A DNA stretch of 64,000 nucleotides from an uncultured Gammaproteobacteria bacterium (GTDB lineage: Bacteria; Patescibacteriota; Patescibacteriia; UBA11705; JABHMO01): contig CAZAKN010000001.1 of the NCBI GenBank assembly GCA_964486065.1, positions 80,657 through 144,656 of the forward strand, given 5' to 3'. The translations under genes and the position numbers were made by a program. This document shows, piece after piece, positions 18,183 to 27,765 of this stretch; positions within the stretch are counted from its first letter, which is position 1, and every line of letters begins with the position of its first letter. Below the pieces are notes generated by a model that did not search any database, had not been told where the DNA came from, and saw only the letters and a list, made by a program, of their open reading frames with translations.

Positions 18183-19399
18183 AAAGCTTTGGTAATTTTT
18201 TCAATACGCGCACCTTGCGAACCTTTTAGCAAAATCAAATCATTTTCCCGGACAATTTCTTCAATATTTTCCAGCGCTTTATTACTGTTTTCGTAAACAA
18301 ATAAACCCTTTAAGCCGTTTTCACGCGCTCCGCGCGCCAATTCGTCTCGGTATTGTCCCACGGCGATCAATAGTTGAAAACCGGCTTCCGCCACCGCTTT
18401 GCCCAGCTCGTAATGTTCTTGCTCGGCGGTTTCACCGAGTTCTAGCATATCACCTAGAACCGCCACTTTACGCGTAACCACCGAAGTTTCCAGTTTACCG
18501 ATGGCTCGCGTCGCGGCTTGAACGGCTTGCGGGGATGAATTATAAGTATCATCAATCAAAACCGAATCTTTAATACCGGGAATAATATTCATGCGCCCTT
18601 TCGGCGGTTGATAGTTTTTCAAGCCTTCGCCGACTTCCACCAAATTTATGCCGAAAGCAATGCCCGTCGCGGCCGCCGCCAAAGCAGAATATAATTGATG
18701 TTCACCGAAAACCCGCGGTAAAAACATGGGCACACTTTTGCCTTGATAAGCTATTTTAAAATTTACACCTTCAAGATTCAAACCTTTGCCCGAATAAGAG
18801 ATCTCTACTCCCCTGACATCTGCGCCATCCCCCAGACCGTAAGTAATAATTTGCGCTTTGGTTTTTTCCGCCATACTTCTGACCAATTCATCATCATAAT
18901 TCAAAACCGCGAAACCGTCCGCTGACAAATGTTCCACGATTTTTCTTTTTTCTTTCAAAACTCCGTTCAAATCACCGAAATATTCCAAATGTGCCGATCC
19001 GACTCTGGTGGCCACCCCCACATTGCATGGCGCCAACTCGGTCAAGTACGCGATATCACCGGGATGATCAGCACCCATTTCAAGCACCAAAACTTCAGGA
19101 TAATCAACCGTTTTGCGTAGCATTGAAGCGGCCTTGAGAAAAACTTTCAGCCAACCGAAAACTGAACGACCCGCGCTTTCCGCTCCGATAATGGTCAGAG
19201 GCACGCCCAATTCATTATTATAATTTCCTTGACTGCGACGCACGGAAAAACGGCTTTGCATGACCGCGTAAATCGCTTCACGCGTGGAAGTTTTACCGAT
19301 ACTGCCCGTGATACCAATAATCTTAGGCTGATATTTCTTCAATATGGCTCCGGCGTAGCCGGCTAAAATTTTCTGAATTATTTTTTGCATTTTGATCAA
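18122..19399 (-). CDS. murF: UDP-N-acetylmuramoyl-tripeptide--D-alanyl-D-alanine ligase MurF
   Basis: 425 aa; Mur ligase P-loop IIGITGSIGKTST and C-terminal domain. Confidence 0.85.
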   Translation of the reverse strand: MIKMQKIIQKILAGYAGAILKKYQPKIIGITGSIGKTSTREAIYAVMQSRFSVRRSQGNYNNELGVPLTIIGAESAGRSVFGWLKVFLKAASMLRKTVDYPEVLVLEMGADHPGDIAYLTELAPCNVGVATRVGSAHLEYFGDLNGVLKEKRKIVEHLSADGFAVLNYDDELVRSMAEKTKAQIITYGLGDGADVRGVEISYSGKGLNLEGVNFKIAYQGKSVPMFLPRVFGEHQLYSALAAAATGIAFGINLVEVGEGLKNYQPPKGRMNIIPGIKDSVLIDDTYNSSPQAVQAATRAIGKLETSVVTRKVAVLGDMLELGETAEQEHYELGKAVAEAGFQLLIAVGQYRDELARGARENGLKGLFVYENSNKALENIEEIVRENDLILLKGSQGARIEKITKALLKDKNKAKDLLVRQDGKWV

Positions 19400-19419
19400 A
19401 TTAACTTGATTTAATAAAA

Positions 19420-21405
19420 CTATTCTATCACTTCCGGCGGAACATTGTAATAGTCCAGCGCGAATTTGGCTATTTTACTAAAAAGTGGTGCGGCGGAATC
19501 GGATGAATAACGTACATTCTCCACGTGATCCAGCTTGGTGATTATAACGAAACGCGGTTTATCGGAAGGCACGAATCCGGCAAAAGTATGAATCGTTTTA
19601 TCACTATAACCGCCACTTTCCAGATCCGCCACTTGAGCGGTTCCCGTCTTCCCCGCCGGTAAATATCCTTCAACTCGCGCTTTGGTGGCATGTCCGTTTT
19701 TCACCACGGAAACCAACATCCCACTCAGCTGGCGAGCGGTTTCTTGACTGATGACTTGGCGATCCATGGTCGGTTTGGTTTCTCGTAATAAATTACCTTG
19801 CTTGTCAAAAACCTTTTCCACGATATAAGGATTGGGCAACATACCTTGGTTGGCAATCGCCGAATAAGCGGCCGCCAGCTGTAAAGGCGTTACCATAATC
19901 CCTTGTCCGAAAGAAGCCGTGGCCAAATAGATGTCATGACCTTTGAATAATGAAGCCACCGTGCCCTCGCCTTCCAAACACAAATCCACGCCCGTCGGCT
20001 TGCCGAAGCCAAAAGCCAAAACATAATTTAAAAATTCTTCAATGCCTATTTTACGCGCAGCGAACACCGTGCCCGTATTAAGTGATTCTTCCAAAACTTC
20101 GGTCATATTTTTCCAGCCATGCGCTTTTAAATCGGAATTTTTAATGGTATAAACATCAATCTTCACTTCTCCCGTGTCTTCATAGCCGGTGAACGGATCC
20201 ACCGCGCCTTGATCCATGGCCGCCGCGATGGTAAACGGTTTGAACACACTACCGGGTTCGTATGAATCCATAATCACGGCATTACGATAAACACTGATAT
20301 CTTCAACTTTGCTATAATTATTCGGATCAAATTCAGGCGCGTTACAAAGCGCCAAAATCTTACCCGTAGTCGGTTCCATGACAATCACGCTACCCCGCTC
20401 GGCTCCGTATTCTTCCAAAGATTTTTTCAACTCACCACAGGCGAAAAACTGCAAAGAACGATCTATGGTAAGCTCAAAGTCATGTCCGTTCTCCGCCTCG
20501 CGAAAATCCTTGCCCGCCACCGCTATCCAGCGACCACGCGTATCCTTTTCCGAACGCAAAAACCCCATCTCACCGGCCAAATCCTTGTTGTAACACCCTT
20601 CAAATCCGTAATAACCTTTCAACAAACTGTTTTCATCACTTTGTCCCACGAAACCGATTACCTGACTGCCCGTGTCTTTTTCCGGATAATATCGCGTAAT
20701 TTCCGTGGTAAACATGATTCCCGCGAATTCATAATTTTCAATCTGTTCCCGCTCTTCATCCGTAACCCGATGCTTCAAAGGCTCATAAGGATCATCTTCT
20801 TTGCGCAACTTTTTGTCCCACAAATCCAGCGTATCATTGGTTTTTATCATATCTTGGTGCTGCTGGCGCAGGGCTTCCAACTTGGGAATGTTTTCATCAA
20901 GAAACTTCTTGTTTTTTTCTTCATTTTCCGGATCAATACCGATAAATTGTTCAATATAATTAATATCTTTTTCCAAGCGTTCAATTTCCTCCACCACCGC
21001 GGTTAATTCATCAGCCGTGTATTTGCGCATATTAAAAACTTGTTTCAAAGCGTCCATGACTTTATCCGGTTCTTCCACATCTTCTGGCACGGCGAAAAGC
21101 ATATTCATATCTTTGTTTATGGCCACCGGCGATCTATCTTGATCTTTATCACTTAAATATATATTCCCGCGCACGGGATAAAGTTTGCGAAAAATCTCAT
21201 GCTGGCCTTCCGCCAAAGCCGTATAATAATCACCATCCACTATTTGCAGTTTAAACAGTCTCGCTGTGATAAAAAGCGCGAATATGGCAAAAAACAAAAA
21301 AAGCAAAAAAGAACGATATTTCATGCTTTCTCCCTGATTTTGTGAGTAATTCCCAGCGTAATATTTTACTTTTTGCTTTTTTTTAACAAATATGGACATA
21401 ACCAA
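19420..21405 (-). CDS. ftsI: Peptidoglycan D,D-transpeptidase (PBP2/FtsI class B PBP)
   Basis: 661 aa; N-terminal TM anchor, transpeptidase motifs SVFK (SxxK), SLN (SxN), KTGTA (KTG); unusual ~150-aa charged coiled-coil insertion in N-terminal module. Confidence 0.8.
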   Translation of the reverse strand: MVMSIFVKKKQKVKYYAGNYSQNQGESMKYRSFLLFLFFAIFALFITARLFKLQIVDGDYYTALAEGQHEIFRKLYPVRGNIYLSDKDQDRSPVAINKDMNMLFAVPEDVEEPDKVMDALKQVFNMRKYTADELTAVVEEIERLEKDINYIEQFIGIDPENEEKNKKFLDENIPKLEALRQQHQDMIKTNDTLDLWDKKLRKEDDPYEPLKHRVTDEEREQIENYEFAGIMFTTEITRYYPEKDTGSQVIGFVGQSDENSLLKGYYGFEGCYNKDLAGEMGFLRSEKDTRGRWIAVAGKDFREAENGHDFELTIDRSLQFFACGELKKSLEEYGAERGSVIVMEPTTGKILALCNAPEFDPNNYSKVEDISVYRNAVIMDSYEPGSVFKPFTIAAAMDQGAVDPFTGYEDTGEVKIDVYTIKNSDLKAHGWKNMTEVLEESLNTGTVFAARKIGIEEFLNYVLAFGFGKPTGVDLCLEGEGTVASLFKGHDIYLATASFGQGIMVTPLQLAAAYSAIANQGMLPNPYIVEKVFDKQGNLLRETKPTMDRQVISQETARQLSGMLVSVVKNGHATKARVEGYLPAGKTGTAQVADLESGGYSDKTIHTFAGFVPSDKPRFVIITKLDHVENVRYSSDSAAPLFSKIAKFALDYYNVPPEVIE

Positions 21406-21558
21406 AATTCGGATAATGAATAATCCATTATTATTCTTATTATAGCATAAATATCATTATTCATGTAACATCACGCGATTTTTTCGTTCTTTTTTGCATC
21501 CTGAATACTTTATGCTAAATTATAAGAAACGCACCTTTTCTCAACACAGGAGGTTTCC

Positions 21559-21996
21559 GTGGATATGCATAAAAAAGAAAGAAAAAAATGGAACAAAATT
21601 TTCGGCGTGGAACATAAGCATTACAAAACCATTGAGCAGGCTTCCAAAGCCACACAAAAACTGGGGATCCGCTCGGCCACTCAATATTCCCGTAAGCGTC
21701 ACCAAGATCCTCTCTTACCCAAATCACCGAATTACACTTACAAAGATGATTGGAAAGGCTGGCATGAATTTCTGGGAACCGCGCCACGCCTTCGGAAAAA
21801 CTACTACACCACTTGGCAAGAAGCTTCCGAAGTGGCGCGCGAAATGGGTATCACCAAGATCGGTGAGTATGTGAAAAATCGCGATAAAGACGAAAAACTT
21901 CCTTTCAATCCGGAAAGTTTTTATCAAGATTGGCCGGGTTGGTCAGCCTTTTTCCGACACGCTCAAGAGAAAACTCCTCCCCACGCGGAAACCTAA
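21559..21996 (+). CDS. Small basic protein with two tandem integrase-repeat-unit-like motifs
   Basis: 145 aa (GTG start after AGGAGG); internal duplication ...LLPKSPNYTYKDDWKGWHEFLG / ...LPFNPESFYQDWPGWSAFF resembling the repeat found N-terminal to some tyrosine integrases; GC content above local background. Confidence 0.5.
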   Translation: MDMHKKERKKWNKIFGVEHKHYKTIEQASKATQKLGIRSATQYSRKRHQDPLLPKSPNYTYKDDWKGWHEFLGTAPRLRKNYYTTWQEASEVAREMGITKIGEYVKNRDKDEKLPFNPESFYQDWPGWSAFFRHAQEKTPPHAET

Positions 21997-22003
21997 ACCG
22001 AAA

Positions 22004-22030
22004 ACGCCCCCAAACTGAGGGCGTTTTTTT
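22004..22030 (+). terminator. Rho-independent terminator (ACGCCC-ccaaactga-GGGCGT + T7)
   Basis: Seen in sequence directly after stop of 21559-21996. Confidence 0.65.
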
Positions 22031-22138
22031 ATTTTATTGATTTTTCTTTCTTAATCAAATTCATTACTTCTCAAAATCTTCATTTCTTTTTTTCCAATTT
22101 TAAATTTGCTATTACTTACAATTATCTTTCTATAATAC

Positions 22139-22897
22139 TTATTTCTCGCTTTCTTTCTTCCCCCAATTGCCTATACTTTCCATCGCGCGCAGAATTTCAA
22201 TCGGCAAAACAAAGACCACGGTATTTGATTGATCTGAACTTAAATCATTGATTGATTGCAAAGTTCTGAGATGCAAAGCACCTTGCGATTTACTAAGCAT
22301 TTCCGCCGCTTTACTCATATTTTCCGCAGCTTTAACTTCACCCTCCGCTTTAATGATCACGGCGCGCTTTTCTCTTTCCGCTTCAGCTTGTTTGGCGATG
22401 GTGCGTTCCATTTCTTCCAGCAAAGAGACATCTTTCAATTCCACATTATCAACTTTTATCCCCCATGGATCAGTGGCTTTATCAACTATGCCACGGATTC
22501 TGTCCGACAGTTTTTCTCTTTCACTCAGAAGTTCATCCAATTCCACTTCCCCCACAACATTACGCATGGTGGTTTGTGCCAACTGCGATACGGCATAATA
22601 ATAATTTTCCACTTCCAAAACCGCTTTGCTGGCATCGGAAACTTTGTAATAAATCACCGCGTTTACTCCCACGGAAATATTATCTTTGGTAATGGCCTTT
22701 TGATCCGGAACATCAACAGCTTTTACGCGCAGATCAACCTTGGTCATACCTTGAAAAACCGGGACAATAATACGCCAACCGGGATCAACCATACCGGTAA
22801 ATCGGCCCATGGTAAACTTCACGCCTCGTTGATATTGATTAACTTGTCGCAAACTGATCAAAAGAATAAACAAAACGATTCCCACTAAATAATACAT
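22139..22897 (-). CDS. SPFH/band-7 (stomatin/prohibitin-like) membrane protein
   Basis: 252 aa; N-terminal TM helix, SPFH domain, C-terminal Ala/Glu-rich coiled coil. Confidence 0.8.
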   Translation of the reverse strand: MYYLVGIVLFILLISLRQVNQYQRGVKFTMGRFTGMVDPGWRIIVPVFQGMTKVDLRVKAVDVPDQKAITKDNISVGVNAVIYYKVSDASKAVLEVENYYYAVSQLAQTTMRNVVGEVELDELLSEREKLSDRIRGIVDKATDPWGIKVDNVELKDVSLLEEMERTIAKQAEAEREKRAVIIKAEGEVKAAENMSKAAEMLSKSQGALHLRTLQSINDLSSDQSNTVVFVLPIEILRAMESIGNWGKKESEK

Positions 22898-22932
22898 AGA
22901 TTTGCTTGTTTAATTGTAAATATATGAATAAT

Positions 22933-24051
22933 TTATGATAATTCTTCACGAATCCGACGCATCATGGTTAGATAAAATTCCAAGTTGTTCAAAGTGGCCA
23001 AACGCTGAGCCAGACTGTCTTCGGTTACGAACAAATGTCGCAAATACGCTTTTGAATAATTTCTTAATTCGGAAAACTCACTCTCCGCGTTTATCGGCGA
23101 TGTGTCAAATTTGAATTTTTCCGCCTTGGCGTTGGCGGTTTGGTAAAATCCCTTGCCCGCATCCAAAATTCCGTTTTTGATTTTGCTGAAATTATATAAT
23201 CTTCCATGTCTGGCTTCGCGAGCCGGAATCACGCAATCAAACATATCCACGCCTCGCTTTACCGCTTCCACGATTTGATGAGGATACCCCACTCCCATTA
23301 AATATCTCGGTTTATTTTCCGGCAAAGCCGGTACCGTATAGTCCAGAACTTGATACATTTCCCGCTCACTTTCTCCCACGGACAAACCGCCGATAGCGTA
23401 ACCGTCAAATCCAATCTTTTGCAATTGTTCAGCGCTTTGCAACCGCAAATCTTGTTCCAAGCCTCCTTGAACAATGGCGAAAAGCAATGGTTTTTTCTTC
23501 TCATTTTTACAATACTTTTGGCATGCCTTTTTACTTTGCTCCGCCCATTCCGTTGTTAAAGCGATTGATTTTCGCAAATAGTTCCGTTTCGCGGGGATTT
23601 CCACGCATTCATCCAACACCATCATAATATCCGAGCCAATCGCCGTTTGAATACGGATGGAATCAGCCGGAGTCATATTAAATTTTCGTCCGTCAATATG
23701 CGAATTGAATTCTATGCCCGTGGCGGATATTTTCCTGATACGAGCCAAGGAAAAAACTTGAAATCCGCCACTATCGGTCAAGATCGGTTTTCGCCAACCC
23801 ATGAATTCATGCATACCTCCCAATTTTTTAATTTCCTTTTCGCCGGGACGCAACATTAGATGATAAGTATTGCCGAGGATAACTTCGGGCGCCAATTTCT
23901 CCAATTCAGTCACGGCAATCGTTTTCAAGCTGGCCTTGGTGGCTACGGGCATAAAAGTAGGAGTTTGAACAATCCCGCGACGGGTTTTTAATTCGCCTCT
24001 ACGAGCCTTATTTTTACGATTTAAGAGTTTATACATAAGGAAATGAAGCAT
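22933..24051 (-). CDS. tgt: Queuine tRNA-ribosyltransferase
   Basis: 372 aa; TGT family motifs (VQTPTFMPV, DSGGFQ, zinc-binding C-terminal region). Confidence 0.85.
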   Translation of the reverse strand: MLHFLMYKLLNRKNKARRGELKTRRGIVQTPTFMPVATKASLKTIAVTELEKLAPEVILGNTYHLMLRPGEKEIKKLGGMHEFMGWRKPILTDSGGFQVFSLARIRKISATGIEFNSHIDGRKFNMTPADSIRIQTAIGSDIMMVLDECVEIPAKRNYLRKSIALTTEWAEQSKKACQKYCKNEKKKPLLFAIVQGGLEQDLRLQSAEQLQKIGFDGYAIGGLSVGESEREMYQVLDYTVPALPENKPRYLMGVGYPHQIVEAVKRGVDMFDCVIPAREARHGRLYNFSKIKNGILDAGKGFYQTANAKAEKFKFDTSPINAESEFSELRNYSKAYLRHLFVTEDSLAQRLATLNNLEFYLTMMRRIREELS

Positions 24052-24359
24052 TATATTGTTAAATGAATTTTAGCTTAAATCAAAGCAAAAAGCAAAGGCC
24101 GCTTCTTGTGAGAAGCGGCTTTGATTTAAACGGCCATGGCCATTTCGGATTGATGCCATATCTGCTTTTTTTCGCAGGATACGGCGGGATTGTTCGCGCA
24201 GGGAAATTCGCCCGTAAAAGCGAATTTCAATCTGCAATTACGACATTCCGAGGGACGCGAAGATAGTTCGCTTTTTTCGCGTTCCCTTATTTGCAATAAC
24301 AACTCTAATCTTGACATGGGAACCCCCTTTTGCGAAATGGTTATTCAATTTATGATTGA

Positions 24360-24713
24360 TTATTTTTGTGCCACCACATCCGAAGCCGGATTCAGATAAG
24401 ATAAACCTTCCACCGGATGCATATCCAATTCTTCAATTTTTTCCATCAGCGCCACGGATGAACGCAATTCAACAGCCTTAATTGACAATTTTTCATTTTC
24501 CACGCGCAATTCATTGATTTGTCTTTCCAAATCGCGCACTTCAAATCCCTTGGCCGCGATAGTATTGATCTGCACCAAATACACGCCGATTGATACCAAA
24601 GTAACCAGACCTAAAAATACCCAAAAAAGATTTTTGAGCTTTTTCAGATTGGCTAAACTGAAATTTTTAACTTTATTAAAAATTCGGCAAGTGTTGTTGC
24701 AATATTTAGTCAT
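24360..24713 (-). CDS. FtsL/FtsB-like cell division protein
   Basis: 117 aa, single TM followed by coiled coil (INELRVENEKL); position downstream of mraZ-rsmH consistent with ftsL. Confidence 0.5.
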   Translation of the reverse strand: MTKYCNNTCRIFNKVKNFSLANLKKLKNLFWVFLGLVTLVSIGVYLVQINTIAAKGFEVRDLERQINELRVENEKLSIKAVELRSSVALMEKIEELDMHPVEGLSYLNPASDVVAQK

Positions 24714-24745
24714 AAGAAAATGATTATTCGCCTACCGGCGGGGCT

Positions 24746-24973
24746 TTATTTGGAGGCGTTAAACGCTACTCTATCTTTATACTCGGCTTTTTTACCGTTG
24801 TTCCAACGGTTCACCGGAGAAAGATATCCCACCACGCGAGAATAGATTTCGCACTTTTGGCGTTTTAATTCTTGAGCTGACATAAGATTAATATTAATTT
24901 GAATATTTAATCTGTAGTTTTTAATTTGACAATGTGGCGCTTTGGGCGCAAAGGAATATAGGGAAGAAAACAA
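24746..24973 (-). pseudogene. Remnant/standalone ORF resembling the C-terminal glycyl-radical motif region of anaerobic ribonucleotide reductase NrdD
   Basis: ORF ends ...YSRVVGYLSPVNRWNNGKKAEYKDRV..., matching the NrdD C-terminus (RVCGYLGSP...NAGKQEEVKRRV) from memory; preceding Zn-ribbon Cys pairs absent; no upstream NrdD body. Confidence 0.4.
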
Positions 24974-25691
24974 GCCCTAAAGTCACAGGCTAAGTGCCGG
25001 GGAACATTCAGCCGGCGACAGCATATTACCTTTGCGCCCTTTTTCGCAATAAAAAAATATTAAGTGCACCACAACCTAATATTCACATATAAAATGCAGA
25101 CTCCGAGGAGAATACTGAAAACTTACCGTCTTGCTTTGAGTTTGGCGAATTGTCAGCTGAATGTCGGGGAACAATCAGACGGCAATTCCGCGTTTATTAC
25201 TTCGTCTAAGACTGAAACTTGCAATATTCTCATCCGCAAATCAAATCATCTGCATTTTACATTTAAATATTAAAAATATCCTTGCCAGGGCGTAAAGAAT
25301 AAGCGGTAATTTCGTGCTGTTTGAATTTACCAAGATTGACAGCCTCAGCCGTCAATAAAGTATAAAATCCAACAGACTTATAAAATGAAAAAACCTTTTC
25401 TCCACACCCTGACCGCAAATCACACACAGCGAGATTAACTTGTAAGAGAGACAAGCATGATTCCCTTACAGCTTCTCCGCCTTACGATTAATCTCAATGT
25501 TTGGCCAAGGCGCATAAACAATATACTCCGATTTCTATGCTTTTGCTTTGCCATGATCGGCAGTAAAAAACCGCTAATCTAGTACGAAGTAAAAACACAT
25601 GAGAGAAAACCGGTACCGCTCACACGCCCTGAACGCAAATCACATTTTTTAAAGTACTCTTGCCGTAAACAGATATTCAATTGATTATTGA

Positions 25692-26627
25692 CTAAATTAT
25701 TTCCGCCACTCGCAGTTTGGCCGACCGTGCTCGTGGATTTTCGGAAATTTCTTCTTCACTGGCCGTTATCGCTTTTTTAGTGACTCTTTTCAGACTTGCC
25801 CGATGATCACAGCGACATTCAGGGATTTCTTTGGGACAGATACAATCTTTACTTTGTTGTTTGAAATATTGCTTAACGATCCTATCTTCCAAGGAGTGAA
25901 ACGAAATAATCGCTATTCTACCTCCCTGAATTATTACTTGCTCAGCTTGTCGTAAAACGCTTTTCACATTTGCCAATTCGTCATTTACTTCTATTCTCAA
26001 AGCTTGAAATGTTTTAGTGGCAGGATGAATCTTACTTTTTCCCTTTAAAACAACACTTTCAATTAACTCGGTTAAATCCTTAGTGGTAACGAAAGGTTTT
26101 TCTTTTCTCCGACCGACAATCGCTTGAGCTATTTTTCGCGCTCGTGGCTCTTCACCATATTCTCGCAATATTTTTATTAAATCCTTTTCCGAATAATTAT
26201 TTAAAATATGTTCCGCCGTCAGCCCGTTCAGATCCGGCGAAAATCTCATGTCTAACGGTTCAACCATCTGAAAACTAAATCCCCTGCCCCTTCTCGCGAG
26301 CTGATCTGAAGAAAGCCCCAAATCAAGTACAATGCCGTTAATTTGTAAATTTTCTTCAACATATTTATTTAATATTTGTTTTAAATTGGTGTATGAATCA
26401 TGAACCGGAATAAATCTGGTTCCATAATTTGTTAAGAATTCACGGGCTTCGCCCAAAGCTTCTTTGTCCCAATCAATACCGATTAATTTGCCCTTCGGAC
26501 CGGTCTTTTCCAAGATCGCCTTGGCGTGACCGCCCGCACCCAGCGTGCCATCTATATAATTTTGATTGGCGCCGGGATTTAAATATTGGATTACTTCACT
26601 TGTCATTACCGATTTATGAATTGACAC
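25692..26627 (-). CDS. rsmH: 16S rRNA (cytosine1402-N4)-methyltransferase RsmH (MraW)
   Basis: 311 aa; SAM-binding DGTLGAGGH motif; follows mraZ. Confidence 0.9.
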   Translation of the reverse strand: MSIHKSVMTSEVIQYLNPGANQNYIDGTLGAGGHAKAILEKTGPKGKLIGIDWDKEALGEAREFLTNYGTRFIPVHDSYTNLKQILNKYVEENLQINGIVLDLGLSSDQLARRGRGFSFQMVEPLDMRFSPDLNGLTAEHILNNYSEKDLIKILREYGEEPRARKIAQAIVGRRKEKPFVTTKDLTELIESVVLKGKSKIHPATKTFQALRIEVNDELANVKSVLRQAEQVIIQGGRIAIISFHSLEDRIVKQYFKQQSKDCICPKEIPECRCDHRASLKRVTKKAITASEEEISENPRARSAKLRVAEII

Positions 26628-26709
26628 ATTATTACCAGATGAACATTAATTCTAAAATTTGAACAAGTTTTTTCATAAGAGAGGCTATTTAAGTATTTTG
26701 TAATTTAAG

Positions 26710-27141
26710 TTAAATTCCCAGTTCTCCCAAATGTTCGGCGATTTCATTGCTTTGCTTTTCAGTATCTTTCTTGTATTTTTCCCATTTTACTTCATCCCAG
26801 ATTTCCAATCTATCATACAAACCGGCAATAACCGCTTTTTTTCCTATTTCCGCGAATTTGCGTAAATATTCGGGAATCATTATTCTACCTTGTTTATCAA
26901 GTTGAACATCCATAGCTCCGGCTAACATCAATCTGGCAAAAGCTCTGGTATTGGCTTGACTGAAAGGAAGTTCAGAAAGTTTTTCAGCCAATTTTTCCCA
27001 TTCCTTTTTCGTGTAAATAAATAAAGAATTGTCCAAACCGCGCGTAACCACCGCTCCCCTTGCCAAAGCCAAGCGAAATTTGACCGGCACGGCCAGTCTT
27101 CCTTTCGCGTCCAAGGAATGATTGTATTCTCCTATAAACAT
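26710..27141 (-). CDS. mraZ: Transcriptional regulator MraZ
   Basis: 143 aa; duplicated MraZ half-domains with DxxxR motifs (LDAKGRL / LDKQGRI). Confidence 0.85.
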   Translation of the reverse strand: MFIGEYNHSLDAKGRLAVPVKFRLALARGAVVTRGLDNSLFIYTKKEWEKLAEKLSELPFSQANTRAFARLMLAGAMDVQLDKQGRIMIPEYLRKFAEIGKKAVIAGLYDRLEIWDEVKWEKYKKDTEKQSNEIAEHLGELGI

Positions 27142-27207
27142 ATTTTTTCATGCGCCGGGTTATAAAATAAAAATAAATGTCCACAAAAGTGTAAAGACAT
27201 TTATTTC

Positions 27208-27255
27208 ACCACAATTCCCCACTTCTATTTACCACATCTCCATCATAACCCACCA
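27208..27255 (-). promoter_or_regulatory. Direct repeats of GTGG(G/T) at ~10-bp phasing upstream of mraZ; candidate MraZ operator
   Basis: Minus-strand reading GTGGTaaatagaaGTGGGGaattGTGGT 65-110 nt upstream of mraZ start; E. coli MraZ binds TGGGN direct repeats (established). Confidence 0.3.
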
Positions 27256-27432
27256 ATCTCCAATTGTCAATAATATTTATCCACAAAAACCAATTATAAA
27301 AAGCAAGGATATTTCCTCGCTTTTAAGTTAGATAAAGCATTGGCGTAATGTACATTGATCTTGACCAACGCGTCTATCTTTTGCTTTTCAAACAACGCCA
27401 CTTCTTTTTCCAGCTCTGTTTGCTATCCATAA

Positions 27433-27765
27433 TCATTTTTCCTTCTTGTTAATACTGGACAAGATACTATCAGCTTCCGCCTGAGCAAGTCGCTTCTTTA
27501 AACGATCAATTTCTTTTTCCAGTTTCACCATCTCCTTTGTGGTTGTACTATCTTCCACCAGATTTTCCGAGTCTTCTTGTAACCTTTTCAATATCCGTCT
27601 TTTGTTGTTCAAGCGCTTTTCCAAAGACTCAGCCGTATTTTCCTCTTCATCTTCAAAATCCTTTTCAAACCCCTTTCTGAGCACGGGATAGAGATACTTA
27701 TAAAAAACCACACCGATGATCACAATCACCAAAAGATAAAAAAGTAACTGAGCGAACATGAGCAC
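27433..27765 (-). CDS. Hypothetical small membrane protein with charged coiled-coil tail
   Basis: 110-aa ORF; N-terminal TM helix. Confidence 0.4.
   Translation of the reverse strand: MLMFAQLLFYLLVIVIIGVVFYKYLYPVLRKGFEKDFEDEEENTAESLEKRLNNKRRILKRLQEDSENLVEDSTTTKEMVKLEKEIDRLKKRLAQAEADSILSSINKKEK

Noticed and set aside
20482-21006. 174-aa + strand ORF
   Set aside because: Antisense within ftsI; Phe/Ile-rich AT-codon artefact.
22256-22888. 210-aa and 116-aa + strand ORFs
   Set aside because: Antisense within the SPFH gene; no motif; spurious.
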